Of a stretch of DNA of 64,000 bases, positions 10,688 to 20,900 are shown piece by piece (the stretch's first letter is position 1; each line of letters begins with the position of its first letter). A program made the translations under genes and the position numbers. Source of the stretch: Promethearchaeota archaeon (GTDB lineage: Archaea; Asgardarchaeota; Lokiarchaeia; Sigyniarchaeales; SOKP01); NCBI GenBank assembly GCA_029838195.1, contig JALGVJ010000003.1:96001-160000 (forward strand), read 5' to 3'. The notes under the pieces are model-generated. The model did no database searches and had not been told where the DNA came from. It worked only from the letters and a program-made list of their open reading frames with translations.

Positions 10688-12442
10688 TTAAACATGAGAT
10701 ACTTCTTTTTGCAAGGTCTCTGGACCTTGTTTCATTCTCTTTTTAAATTTTCGCAATAACGAGGAGAATTTAAGAGGTTTTCCTTTAAAATTAAGTTCTG
10801 CTAATGCTTGATCTTGATAGGCATGAAATAGATCACTAGAGAGGCGTTCCCAAGCTCTACAAATTTCAAGAGTCTCCTCATCATTCCTCAATAAACTATC
10901 ATGAGCCATGATCCGGGAGAATTCTGCTGCTAAAGGCTCAATTACATCGGGACTAGCACCCTCAAGTAGATCCCGGCAAAAATCTCCTGCAGAATACCAC
11001 TCTTTTACTCTTTGAAAGTCTCTATGAATTTGTGTCAGTAGTACATTTTTAGGACCTTCCCAAAGTTCCATGATTAAAGAATCACGATGAAAGCGTGGAA
11101 AAGATAAGAAATCTTCCATGATTCCATGACCGCCAAAAAATGATATTGCTTTTCTAATCATCGCAGGAGCATCATCCGCCACCACGATTTTTTGTAACAT
11201 GACTAATTCGCGCAATCGGAACCTTCTCTTCCGTTCCTCTAAATTTTCAATCTTTAGAAGGTCACGAATTCCAGCGATTAATTCCTCACCAAAATGAATA
11301 TATTCAGAGTAAACTTTAAATGCACCTGCTGCTGCTCTCATGGCTTGATGGTTTAAATCATTAATGTGATTAATCATCATGGGAAAATTTGCGATGGGTA
11401 CACCAAAAGCGGTGCGAAATTGCGCATATAAATTAGCTTCTCTTGCTATCCTCATACCAGCAGAAGCCATGCCTAAAGCGACGTGTAATCGTGAGAGAGA
11501 TAGCACTATCCCTACGATATTTGCCAATCCTTTTTCGAGAGGGCCGATGGGATAAGCTACAGCACCATTATAAGTTATTTCTGCCGTGGGTAGTTCAGAA
11601 GTGCCTAATTTAACCTTTAACCTATCAATCGTGTAAGAATTTCTTATCTCTTTTTCTTTATTTCCCGGCAACCAAGAGGGAACAAGAAAAGCTGCGACTC
11701 TGGTAGATGAGGTCGTGTTTTTGGGTTTTGCCGTGACAATGGCATGATCGGCGTGCGTTGCCGAACAGAAGAACTTTTTTCCATAGATACGCCAACAATT
11801 AGAATATCTATCTTCTTTTGGTTCTTTTTCAAAGACGGCTTCGACTAAATTAGCAGGAACATCACTTCCTCCTTGGATCTCGCTCACGAACTGGGCTCCT
11901 ATCTTATATTCTCCTCCCCTTCCATCTCTTATTTCTTCTAAGATCTTGAGGGCTTCAGGTTCTAATTCCTTTTCATATTTCTCTAATAATTTCCACATGC
12001 CATGAGTACACGCTATCGGGCACATGACACCTGCTTCTGAGTTTTGGTATAACAAAAATAATTTACAAAACCGGCTCCAAGGGGTATTTCGAGCCGGATC
12101 AAAGAGCCCGAGACTAAAAATTTCTTTTTCAAGAATTTCTGTTTCATGACATCTTTCAATTTTATCAATTCGATGGTTATGAGCGTCAAAATGTTTAACT
12201 CGTGTAACCTTAATTCGGTTTTCTAAAGAATTTGCAGCGTCCGCTAGATCTCTAAAACGATACGATACATAGTCAGAAAGTGCCATTAGATCTCGATTAA
12301 TTGTTTCGAATTCATCGCCCGTATAATGTTTTATCAGAGCTTGAAAGAACTTGTCATCTTTATAATAATTTAATGAATCACGAACCAATAAATAATCATC
12401 AAATGAGTATGGATTATCCCGATTTCCTTCTAAATTGCTCAT
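10688..12442 (-). CDS. Acyl-CoA dehydrogenase (AidB-like)
   Basis: CPIACT, AQFVSEIQGGSDV, G.KFFCS, LKVKLGT..LPTAE, FGGHG.ME and WEG..NVL. Confidence 0.9.
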   Translation of the reverse strand: MSNLEGNRDNPYSFDDYLLVRDSLNYYKDDKFFQALIKHYTGDEFETINRDLMALSDYVSYRFRDLADAANSLENRIKVTRVKHFDAHNHRIDKIERCHETEILEKEIFSLGLFDPARNTPWSRFCKLFLLYQNSEAGVMCPIACTHGMWKLLEKYEKELEPEALKILEEIRDGRGGEYKIGAQFVSEIQGGSDVPANLVEAVFEKEPKEDRYSNCWRIYGKKFFCSATHADHAIVTAKPKNTTSSTRVAAFLVPSWLPGNKEKEIRNSYTIDRLKVKLGTSELPTAEITYNGAVAYPIGPLEKGLANIVGIVLSLSRLHVALGMASAGMRIAREANLYAQFRTAFGVPIANFPMMINHINDLNHQAMRAAAGAFKVYSEYIHFGEELIAGIRDLLKIENLEERKRRFRLRELVMLQKIVVADDAPAMIRKAISFFGGHGIMEDFLSFPRFHRDSLIMELWEGPKNVLLTQIHRDFQRVKEWYSAGDFCRDLLEGASPDVIEPLAAEFSRIMAHDSLLRNDEETLEICRAWERLSSDLFHAYQDQALAELNFKGKPLKFSSLLRKFKKRMKQGPETLQKEVSHV

Positions 12443-12656
12443 TTTTTATACCTTCCCGTGCTTCAATGAATATATGATTTAATTAAAAAAAAAATTGAAA
12501 CATGATCTATAATGCGTTGGCTTCTTTTAAAAATTTTGACTCATGTTCCAGAAAATAGAAATGATTTACAAGAGAGATGTTAATGATTATTAGCTCATGG
12601 TAATAAAAGAAGGTGAGATACGTTTTTCAAATCATGCCAATAATGTACTTACTTAT

Positions 12657-13526
12657 TTATTCTTCGACTTCTTCCTCGACTTCTTCCTCGACTTCTTCCT
12701 CGACTTCTTCCTCGACTTCTTCCTCGATTTCTTCTTCCAATTCTTCTTCAAGTACCTCTTCTTTTATTTCTTCTTCTTTTTCGGTTTTTGATGTCGCCTC
12801 AGCGATTTTTTTTACATTTATTCTTTCGGTTCTGCGGATTTCAGATTTTCTTGATCTCTTTACTTCTATTTCTACAATATCGTATTCGTTATCGGGTACT
12901 TCTTTATCTTCGCCCCCTTCCGGAATAGCGATAAGCTTGCTTTTTATAACTGTACAGCTTGATACAGGATAAATAGTTTTCACGACACGGGTGATTTGGT
13001 TTTCAAATTCTCCCTTTATCATTCCATTAATAAATTTTTCATGGTTAAGGGATTTAGCAAATTCTTTCATTATCTCCGACATGATTTTTCTAATCAAAAT
13101 TTGTTGAGAGGAGCGAGCCCGTCTAATGGTAACACATACTACCGTTATTCGAAACACGTATCCATCTTTAGTAGTCAAGTTCAAAATAGTAGAGATTTTA
13201 GATACGCCTCGTCCTACGATGCTTCGGACATAATCTGTGGTGTAGGAATGTCCAATGAAGATAGAATTGCATTTTTTAGCTTCTACATTTACGTCAACGA
13301 TTTTAAACTTTAATTTCAAGTTAATATCATTAAAATCGTTAGTAAAATCGTATAATAAGACTTCTATCGTTCTTCCTACCACGTTTTTTTCGTTTCCAAT
13401 GATATCACCTAATTCTTGGTAATTAAAGTTTTTAGGAGCTATGACCGTATACCAATTTTTATCTTTATAAGATACTTTTTTAGCCTTCGGCTTCTTTTTC
13501 TTACCTTTTTTTAATTTTTGACTCAT
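12657..13526 (-). CDS. rps3ae: 30S ribosomal protein eS1 (S3Ae) with an acidic C-terminal extension
   Basis: KNWYTVIAP, GRTIEV.L.D, DYVRSIV.R..SKI and TKDGY; glutamate-rich tail. Confidence 0.95.
   Translation of the reverse strand: MSQKLKKGKKKKPKAKKVSYKDKNWYTVIAPKNFNYQELGDIIGNEKNVVGRTIEVLLYDFTNDFNDINLKLKFKIVDVNVEAKKCNSIFIGHSYTTDYVRSIVGRGVSKISTILNLTTKDGYVFRITVVCVTIRRARSSQQILIRKIMSEIMKEFAKSLNHEKFINGMIKGEFENQITRVVKTIYPVSSCTVIKSKLIAIPEGGEDKEVPDNEYDIVEIEVKRSRKSEIRRTERINVKKIAEATSKTEKEEEIKEEVLEEELEEEIEEEVEEEVEEEVEEEVEEEVEE
12668..12727. repeat. Five perfect 12-bp tandem repeats (CTTCTTCCTCGA) encoding EEEV units in the eS1 tail
   Basis: Read directly from the sequence. Confidence 0.95.
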
Positions 13527-13575
13527 GATAGTGTTTTCCTTTCATGTTTTCAATTAAGAAGCTTAAATTAATCAT

Positions 13576-14034
13576 TTATTTAGCTACGAGAGTTCTTACT
13601 TTCTCCACATCATACTTGAAACTGGGATCTAAGACCTTTTTCTTCTTGTAATATTTTAGCAATCGATAAATTTTTGATTCCGTTCGATTTAATCCTTTTT
13701 TAGCTTCTAGATCTTTTTTGTTTTCTTCTAGATGTTTTCGAATATTCAACGCTTTTCGAATTAAATTGGCTAAATCTTCCGGCAAACTGCTAGAAACTCC
13801 GTGCTCTTCTAAAATTTGTTGGATTTTTTTCCCGGTCACCACTTTAGTAAGGGGAATTCCATAGGAATCTCTCAAGATAATACCAATCATGGATTGAGAA
13901 TATCCCTTTCTTGCTAATTTAATAACGAGCTCTTCTACCTCTTCTGATGAATGCTCGATCCAAACGGGTTTTTCAAGTCTTGAAGGTCGAGTGGAGCCAC
14001 TTTTTCCCTTTTTTCGTGAATGTAAGCGTGCCAT
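13576..14034 (-). CDS. rps15: 30S ribosomal protein uS15
   Basis: MARLHSRKKGKSGSTRP, IGIILRDSYGIP, LPEDL and ESKI.RL.KYYK. Confidence 0.97.
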   Translation of the reverse strand: MARLHSRKKGKSGSTRPSRLEKPVWIEHSSEEVEELVIKLARKGYSQSMIGIILRDSYGIPLTKVVTGKKIQQILEEHGVSSSLPEDLANLIRKALNIRKHLEENKKDLEAKKGLNRTESKIYRLLKYYKKKKVLDPSFKYDVEKVRTLVAK

Positions 14035-14257
14035 AATACATCTATTGATAAATACATAAACTCTTCTTACAAGATTACAAGTTATATAATGAATAATAAA
14101 GGAAAATAAATAAAATTTTTGAATTTAGAAAGAAACAACCGATAAATGAAGATTAGATTAAAATACATGGTTTTATATGAATGATTTTTGAGAGAAACAA
14201 ATAAAAATTTTCACTCATTTTTGTTATTTCTTTATTAATTTTAGTTCATTATTATCC

Positions 14258-14863
14258 ATGAGATATGATATGGGAAATAACGCACATGAAAAAAAAATAT
14301 ATTTAATAACCGGAAATCCTCATAAATTCGAAGAAATTAATGCACTTTTCAAGAACCATTTCCTTAATTATAAATTAGAATTAAAAAATGCTCATCCCAT
14401 AGAAATTCAAGCAGATGACCTCGTAGAGGTTGCTCTTTTTAAATTAAATTCGATTAAAGATAAAATTAATGATTCTTGTTTCGTAGAAGATGCTGGATTT
14501 TTTATCGATCATCCTCTCCAAGGGTTTCCGGGAGTATATTCATCCCACGTCTTTAAAAAAATAGGAAATCAAGGCATTCTAAAATTAATTGATGACCCTT
14601 CTCGAAGCCGAGCACGATTTAAAGCAGTAATTGCTCTCTACTTCAAACCTCACGATAAAGTTTATGTGTTTGAAGGGGAAGTACTGGGAAAGGTTGCAGC
14701 AAAAATTAGGGGCTCTCAGGGATTTGGATATGATCCCATTTTCATTCCAAATGCCATGCCTCATAAAACTTTTGGGGAATTAACTAAAGAAGAAAAAAAT
14801 AATCTTTCTCATAGGGCCATGGCAATAAAAAAATTAATAGATTTTTTAAAAAAAAATCCGTGA
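14258..14863 (+). CDS. rdgB: Non-canonical purine NTP pyrophosphatase (RdgB/HAM1)
   Basis: TGNPHK..E, VEDAG, GFPGVYS, GFGYDPIF and SHR. Confidence 0.95.
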   Translation: MRYDMGNNAHEKKIYLITGNPHKFEEINALFKNHFLNYKLELKNAHPIEIQADDLVEVALFKLNSIKDKINDSCFVEDAGFFIDHPLQGFPGVYSSHVFKKIGNQGILKLIDDPSRSRARFKAVIALYFKPHDKVYVFEGEVLGKVAAKIRGSQGFGYDPIFIPNAMPHKTFGELTKEEKNNLSHRAMAIKKLIDFLKKNP

Positions 14864-14873
14864 AAAAAAAAAA

Positions 14874-17861
14874 TTAAAATGTCTGTCGGAAGATCTCCAT
14901 GATAGACACGCGGGAAATCCGAAAGAGGATGATATACATGAAAATAATTCCCACGGAAATCGAAATTAAAAACACCCGTAATAAAGTCCCCCAATTAAGC
15001 GTGAATACAACGGGCATTTCAGTGAGAATGCTAATATTTGTCTCCATGAGGTAAGCGCTGTAGCTTCCAATAATTGTTCCCATTATTCCGGAAGAGATCA
15101 TCAATAGCATGCTTTCTATCAAAAACATATTTCTTACTTGTCCTGTCTTCATTCCCATGGATCTCAAGATTCCAATTTCAAATTTTCTCTCCAAAAATAC
15201 GGCATACATTGAACTAACTAAGCCAAAAATACAAATAACGATGGTAAACATCAAGATAAATTCAAATAGAATGCTCCTTTTTTCATACATTTCACTCACG
15301 AACTTCACCTTGGAAATCACGTCATCCAAGATGAATTTTTTGTTATTGAACCGCACTCGAATATCGTTAATGGTTTCATCTATATTCTTTTCAGAAGTAT
15401 CTCGCAAGTTAATGTAAATTTTATCAATGACCATGTTAGGCTCTCCGGCACTTTCAACATCCATGAACTCAATATACGTTTCTTGAGAAACCATTACACC
15501 CCCTCCATTAGCAGAAAATTGACTGCTCCTAAAATTGAAAAAGCCCGGAATTCCTCCCGCAATGCCTACTACGGTGAAAAGCGTGACATTACCCGGATCG
15601 TTTTCCACTTGAGGGTTGTAAAACGTCAGTCGTACTTGTTCTCCCACATCTCGAATTCCTAACACGTCGGCAATGGATTTCGCGATGATGCATGTTCTAT
15701 TTCCCTTAAATAATTGAGTAAAGGAATAATTAAATCCACTATTCGGACTACTCCAAATGATCAAATCGCGATCTATTAATTGGGGAAAATTCTCATCAAT
15801 GCCGATGAATCCGGCATCCAACGTGTCATGACCGGCAATATCTGAAATTTCCGTTTCATATTTAATTTGTCGTTCTTGCGAATAAAATGAGATCAAGGAG
15901 GTGATCTGATTCTCACTTTCGCTATCTTCCTCAAATCCTATCCCTTCTTCTCCTGCTGAAAAGAGAACGGAAATTGCAGCTGTAATATCAATGGTATTAG
16001 ATATGGAGGTGGCTGTTTTATCAATTCCCACGAATTCTTGTTTCAATTGTTCATACATGGCTAAATCTACGTGAGAATTATCGTTCACACTTCCTTGATT
16101 AATGAGCACCAAATCTGAAGCATATTGAAATTCTAAATTCATGGCTAAATGTTCGGAGGACATTTGAGAATAGGTGGTAATGAAGAATATAAAACTAAAG
16201 CTGATGGCAAACATCACCGTAGTACTTGTATTGCGGCGTCTATTGCGTTTCAAGGAAATATTAATGATGTTCGCATATTTTTTTATAAAAGGTGAGATCA
16301 ATTTTAAAAAGAATTGCTGGATCAATGGTATTATTGCTACGGAAGCAAACACCATGCCAATGAGAATTGCTGAAAGGAGTCCAATGAATAACCCGGAAAT
16401 CACCATCATGTCTCCCGTCATGAACACGTTCGGCAGCATGACAAAAATAACCATTCCAATAGTTGCAACGGATACACCCACCAAAAAACTCTTAATATTC
16501 GCGCTACCCTCTTTTTTGACTTCCCATCCTTCATCCTTGGTCCTAAATGGGGTAATCGATTTAATAATATCAATGCGAGCTGTCTTTACAGCAGGCAATA
16601 AAGCAATGACCAATGAAACAAGGCTGCCAATGGAAAAAGATAATATTATTGTTGCGGGTTTAATGATAAAAACAATTTCTGAAAATTCGAATTCAAATAA
16701 AGAAAAGAACACGCTTGCAATTGGGGGTGTAATGAAAAAGCTCACGATTATTCCTATCAATGATCCAAGGACGCCTATTAGAAAACCTTCAAATAGAACG
16801 ATTTTAATGGGGAATCCCTTTTTGCCCCCTACGGTTCTAAGGATTCCAAACTCCCGCACGCGTTCTTCCGAAGAAGTGGATAAAATCGCATGAATTAAAA
16901 TTCCGGTGATCAACATGGATAGAATGGTGACAAACCAAAATAGAATCGTGGAACTCATTAAAGTGAAATTACTACTTTCTAATTCCTCTAATTTTGGCAT
17001 GGATACCGTATATTCATTAATATCCAATCTTTCTTGAATATCTTCGCTAATGGCACGAAGTTTTCTCGTAGTTTCATCAAGATTGCTCGAATCGTAGATC
17101 AATTCGGGATTTTCTAAAGTACCGTAGATAAAATTAATTTGTCCTTCTTTATCTAAAAATTTTTGAGCCTGTTCAACGGTAATTAAAATTAATGCGGTTT
17201 GAAATTCCATGAATTTTCTATCTTGCTCGCATATTTCGACTACAGTTAAATTTAATTCTTTCCGCCCATACTCCACATGGATGACATCTCCTCTTGAAAC
17301 GTTAAGTAATTTAGCCACATTTCTCAAAATCACGCATTCTCCATCTGCAGGCTCTCCCATATATATTTCTTCTTTCTCTTCTGACGTTTCGTTGTAAACG
17401 ATTAAATTTCCCATATGACCGTTCGCTGCTTCTTTTTTGAAATCTATCCCATACAACTGCAAAGAACCACTCGCATTCGTGTTTTCCGAAGAAGTCTGCA
17501 CTAATTGAAGAATGCGTGGAAACCATTCCTCCACGCCCTCGATATTACCAAGCTTCTGTTCTATTATGCTCTGGTCAAAATAGGGGTCAAACGTTAGATC
17601 TGTTGTTACTTGTTTGGATATCATTATATCTCCCTCTCCCGTTGTGTTAGTTACTATTTGCATGTAGTTGTAATTAAGGGTGTCGTTGACCATACCTATT
17701 GAGGTCATGAGGCAAATGGAAATGGCGATTCCAAAGATTCCGAATAAAGCCTTTGCCTTATCCCGTTTCATATCGAGGTAGGAATGTTTTATAAACTGCA
17801 GATTTATCCGTTTCCTTAACCAATATATAAAGCTCCTGATATTCCAAGTTCTGCTTTTCAT
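14874..17861 (-). CDS. ABC transporter permease, MacB/FtsX (type VII) family, duplicated-domain form
   Basis: Two FtsX signatures (EERVREFGILRTVG; ERKFEIGILRSMG) and two large extracytoplasmic domains. Confidence 0.9.
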   Translation of the reverse strand: MKSRTWNIRSFIYWLRKRINLQFIKHSYLDMKRDKAKALFGIFGIAISICLMTSIGMVNDTLNYNYMQIVTNTTGEGDIMISKQVTTDLTFDPYFDQSIIEQKLGNIEGVEEWFPRILQLVQTSSENTNASGSLQLYGIDFKKEAANGHMGNLIVYNETSEEKEEIYMGEPADGECVILRNVAKLLNVSRGDVIHVEYGRKELNLTVVEICEQDRKFMEFQTALILITVEQAQKFLDKEGQINFIYGTLENPELIYDSSNLDETTRKLRAISEDIQERLDINEYTVSMPKLEELESSNFTLMSSTILFWFVTILSMLITGILIHAILSTSSEERVREFGILRTVGGKKGFPIKIVLFEGFLIGVLGSLIGIIVSFFITPPIASVFFSLFEFEFSEIVFIIKPATIILSFSIGSLVSLVIALLPAVKTARIDIIKSITPFRTKDEGWEVKKEGSANIKSFLVGVSVATIGMVIFVMLPNVFMTGDMMVISGLFIGLLSAILIGMVFASVAIIPLIQQFFLKLISPFIKKYANIINISLKRNRRRNTSTTVMFAISFSFIFFITTYSQMSSEHLAMNLEFQYASDLVLINQGSVNDNSHVDLAMYEQLKQEFVGIDKTATSISNTIDITAAISVLFSAGEEGIGFEEDSESENQITSLISFYSQERQIKYETEISDIAGHDTLDAGFIGIDENFPQLIDRDLIIWSSPNSGFNYSFTQLFKGNRTCIIAKSIADVLGIRDVGEQVRLTFYNPQVENDPGNVTLFTVVGIAGGIPGFFNFRSSQFSANGGGVMVSQETYIEFMDVESAGEPNMVIDKIYINLRDTSEKNIDETINDIRVRFNNKKFILDDVISKVKFVSEMYEKRSILFEFILMFTIVICIFGLVSSMYAVFLERKFEIGILRSMGMKTGQVRNMFLIESMLLMISSGIMGTIIGSYSAYLMETNISILTEMPVVFTLNWGTLLRVFLISISVGIIFMYIILFRISRVSIMEIFRQTF

Positions 17862-17924
17862 TTTCTTGTATTTTTTTCTATAAATTTTAATTTCTAAATT
17901 ATTAAATAATTATTTTTAATGAAA

Positions 17925-20900
17925 TCATAAATCTAGTATGCTAAACTTTTTCTCAATGGATTTAAATTCTCGTAAAACTTTACCCTCTTTTTCTAATATT
18001 TGTTGAACCTCCGTTGGTTCTAATCGAATTAATCTCACATCTTGGCATTTTGGACAGAAATAATCTTCTCTAGGCTCTTCTTCATGATACCAACGTTCGC
18101 AATTAAGACAGTAATAAGAAGCATGAATTTGATCATGTCCACATTCCGGGCAAATGAGATCAAAACGATCTGAAACATACCATGTTTTACATAACTTGCA
18201 ATGTAAGGTTAAAGGCCTTTTTAACTCCTCTTCGAGGGATAAATCTTTAATTTTTTTAAGAATGCTCTCTTTATCTCTTTTTGTAGTTCTTAGTTTTCCG
18301 GTTTTGATGAGTTTAAGTTTTTGGTACAAGAGTCCATTACGCTTCCTTGATATTAGAATCGTGCTAATGGAAATGATACCCGCTGCACCACCTAAGATTA
18401 CCCAGGGACTCCATTGCATCAAATTTATTAATAAATTATTGACTCGTGCCGTGACAGAAGCTTCTGCTCGATTATTTCCCTCATCAAATGCCACGATCAG
18501 GATGGTGTAATCGCCATCAGAAACCTCAGTAGTGTCCCATTGATAAATAAGAATGCCCGTACTTTTATTATAGATTAATAATTCACTATCAATTCGCTCT
18601 TTATTAATATAAATATCGATTCTTTCTTCATCTATTTCTTTATCATCTGTAATGGTGGCGTTAATCGTGACATTTAAATTCACGATATCGTCCGTTTTTG
18701 GATTGTTGATAAAAATTTCAGGGGCATTAAAATCCGTGTCCCTATCATATCCAATATAAATATTTGAAAGGATCCAACCATATCCATAAGAAGTAACAAC
18801 GTCATTTGATTTTAAAGTAAACATTATCATGATAACGTCATTGACGTATTTAGAAAGCTCAATTCTTTCGCTTCCTTCTAAATCTTCTGATTGATAGGTA
18901 TATTCTTTTAAAACTTCCCAAGTCTCTCCATAATCCGTGGAAATGGAAACCATACATCTATCTAAGTCGTCATCATTAAGATTTGTCTCTTGTTGTAAGG
19001 AGATTTCGTAATCATATTCTAAATACACATCGTGTTCATTTTGTAATTGGAGAGGCGGAATAATTAATTTCGCGTTCCAATTCGTACCATAAGCTCTATA
19101 CGTTTCTCCAAATATCAGTCCTATTCCACCATAAATAACGCTTTCTCCGCTATAATTCCCAACATGCCAAGTATTATCGCCCGCTAACCATGCAGTGGCT
19201 TGGTCTGGTTTGGGAGTTCCTGCCACGTAAAAATCGCTGATATCATCATTAGAATATTCTCGTCCCACGATGTTGCCTTGAATGGCAAGATTAAATTCTT
19301 GAGGGTTCGGATCGATGAATCCAATAAACTCATCTTCTCTGTTATACCATTCGGTTTTCACGTGATATTTTCCATCAAATGCATGAATTCTAAAGGATTT
19401 ATTGGAGATATCATCAAGTGTTAAAGATCTTTTAAATAATATTCCTTTGTCATTAATCAGGTTAGAATCTCCTTCCCAATCACCATAAACATTGAACATC
19501 GTATAATTTTTTCCATTCATTTCTAAATAGACGTATTCCGGATACGAATTATCCTCATCATAATAATTAATCATGAAATCATAATTTTGAAATTCACTTC
19601 CACGGGAGGGCGATACTTCCACGTCTGATAAGGACGGAGGATGAACATTTGTAAAGTTTTCAATTGCCGCGAAATCGAGCATGAATCCTCTATAGTTTAT
19701 AGCATCATCATCATCATCTAAATTGGTAACGAATCTGAACTGAACATAATAATCTTTATATTCCGTGAGGTTAAATTCAATAACGTGCCACTCAGTTTCT
19801 TCATTTGTAAAGGTTTTTAATAGGATCCAACCACTCCAATTTGCACTCATTTGTAATTGAATGCTATCTCCTTCACTAATGCTGGTTCTAATTCCAAATC
19901 GTATGAACGGTTGTACGTTATTGCCTAATTTTGTTAAATTAAAAATAGGACTAGTCAAATCTCCATCAGGATAGGGAATGGAGGGATGAACTACTTGATA
20001 CGTGTATGATTCGGGTTTATCATGATACTTGCCAAAATAAAGGGTTTTCCAATCCCCGTCATGTATTCGGGATCTATCATCATTTTCGTTGGTTTGAGTT
20101 AAGATACCCCAGCCGGTTCCATCATGAGTCCATCCATTCAACCCATTATTAAATGAATGGAAATAAGGAAAGGATTTAGCGTTACTTGGAGGCGCAATCG
20201 TGATGTTAAGATATCCTTGAAGAGGATATCGAATTTTGAACCTTCCATCACTTGCATAAAAGAAATAACTATAGTTACCCGGCACTTCGAAGCGAATCGG
20301 TAATGTCGCATGAGTCACGCCCTTAGTATAATTGAATTGTAAAGGATTACCCTGAGGATAGAGCGTATAATTTCCTTTCCCCGCGATACTAACGTAGATA
20401 TCTTGAGGGGCTACATTAGAAGTATCAAGATCAGTATAATTGATGAAAAAGAGATATCTATCAATCGTATAATTATTATCTTGCGGATTCCCTAAATATT
20501 CTTGATAACTAATAACCGTTGCATTTTTTACCTGGTCATCACCATATTCAATCTCCGTGATATTGAAATAGGGAGCGTGTAAATTTGCAACTTTGGAGAC
20601 CGTCAGATTAAATCCACTAGCTCCTGTTAAAGCTTTTATCGTGATGATACATTCGGTTTCATTTGGTCGCGGAATGAAATAAAAATAATCAAAATCCCCA
20701 TAATATTTTTGAGAGGAGGCTAAAAGAATGGGCTCCCCGTTAGCGTCCGTTTCATTAGAAAATAAAAACATGTCAAAATCAGTCGGTTGAAAGAGACTTG
20801 CCGGCGTAATTTCCGTTAGATTAAACAGATATTGATTATTTGCGGCTAAACTGATACGGCGTGCAAAAACGTGTGCACCAAGAGGATCTTCTTGAGAACT

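Noticed and set aside
12597-12972. Plus-strand ORFs with FFLD or SSST repeats
   Set aside because: Antisense shadows of the eS1 acidic-tail repeat.
16174-16893. 239-aa plus-strand ORF and similar antisense ORFs (1953-2267, 15109-15417, 30078-30392, 34335-34718, 37582-37968, 56074-56580 etc.)
   Set aside because: They overlap well-supported genes on the opposite strand (almost all fully nested) and show no recognisable motifs.
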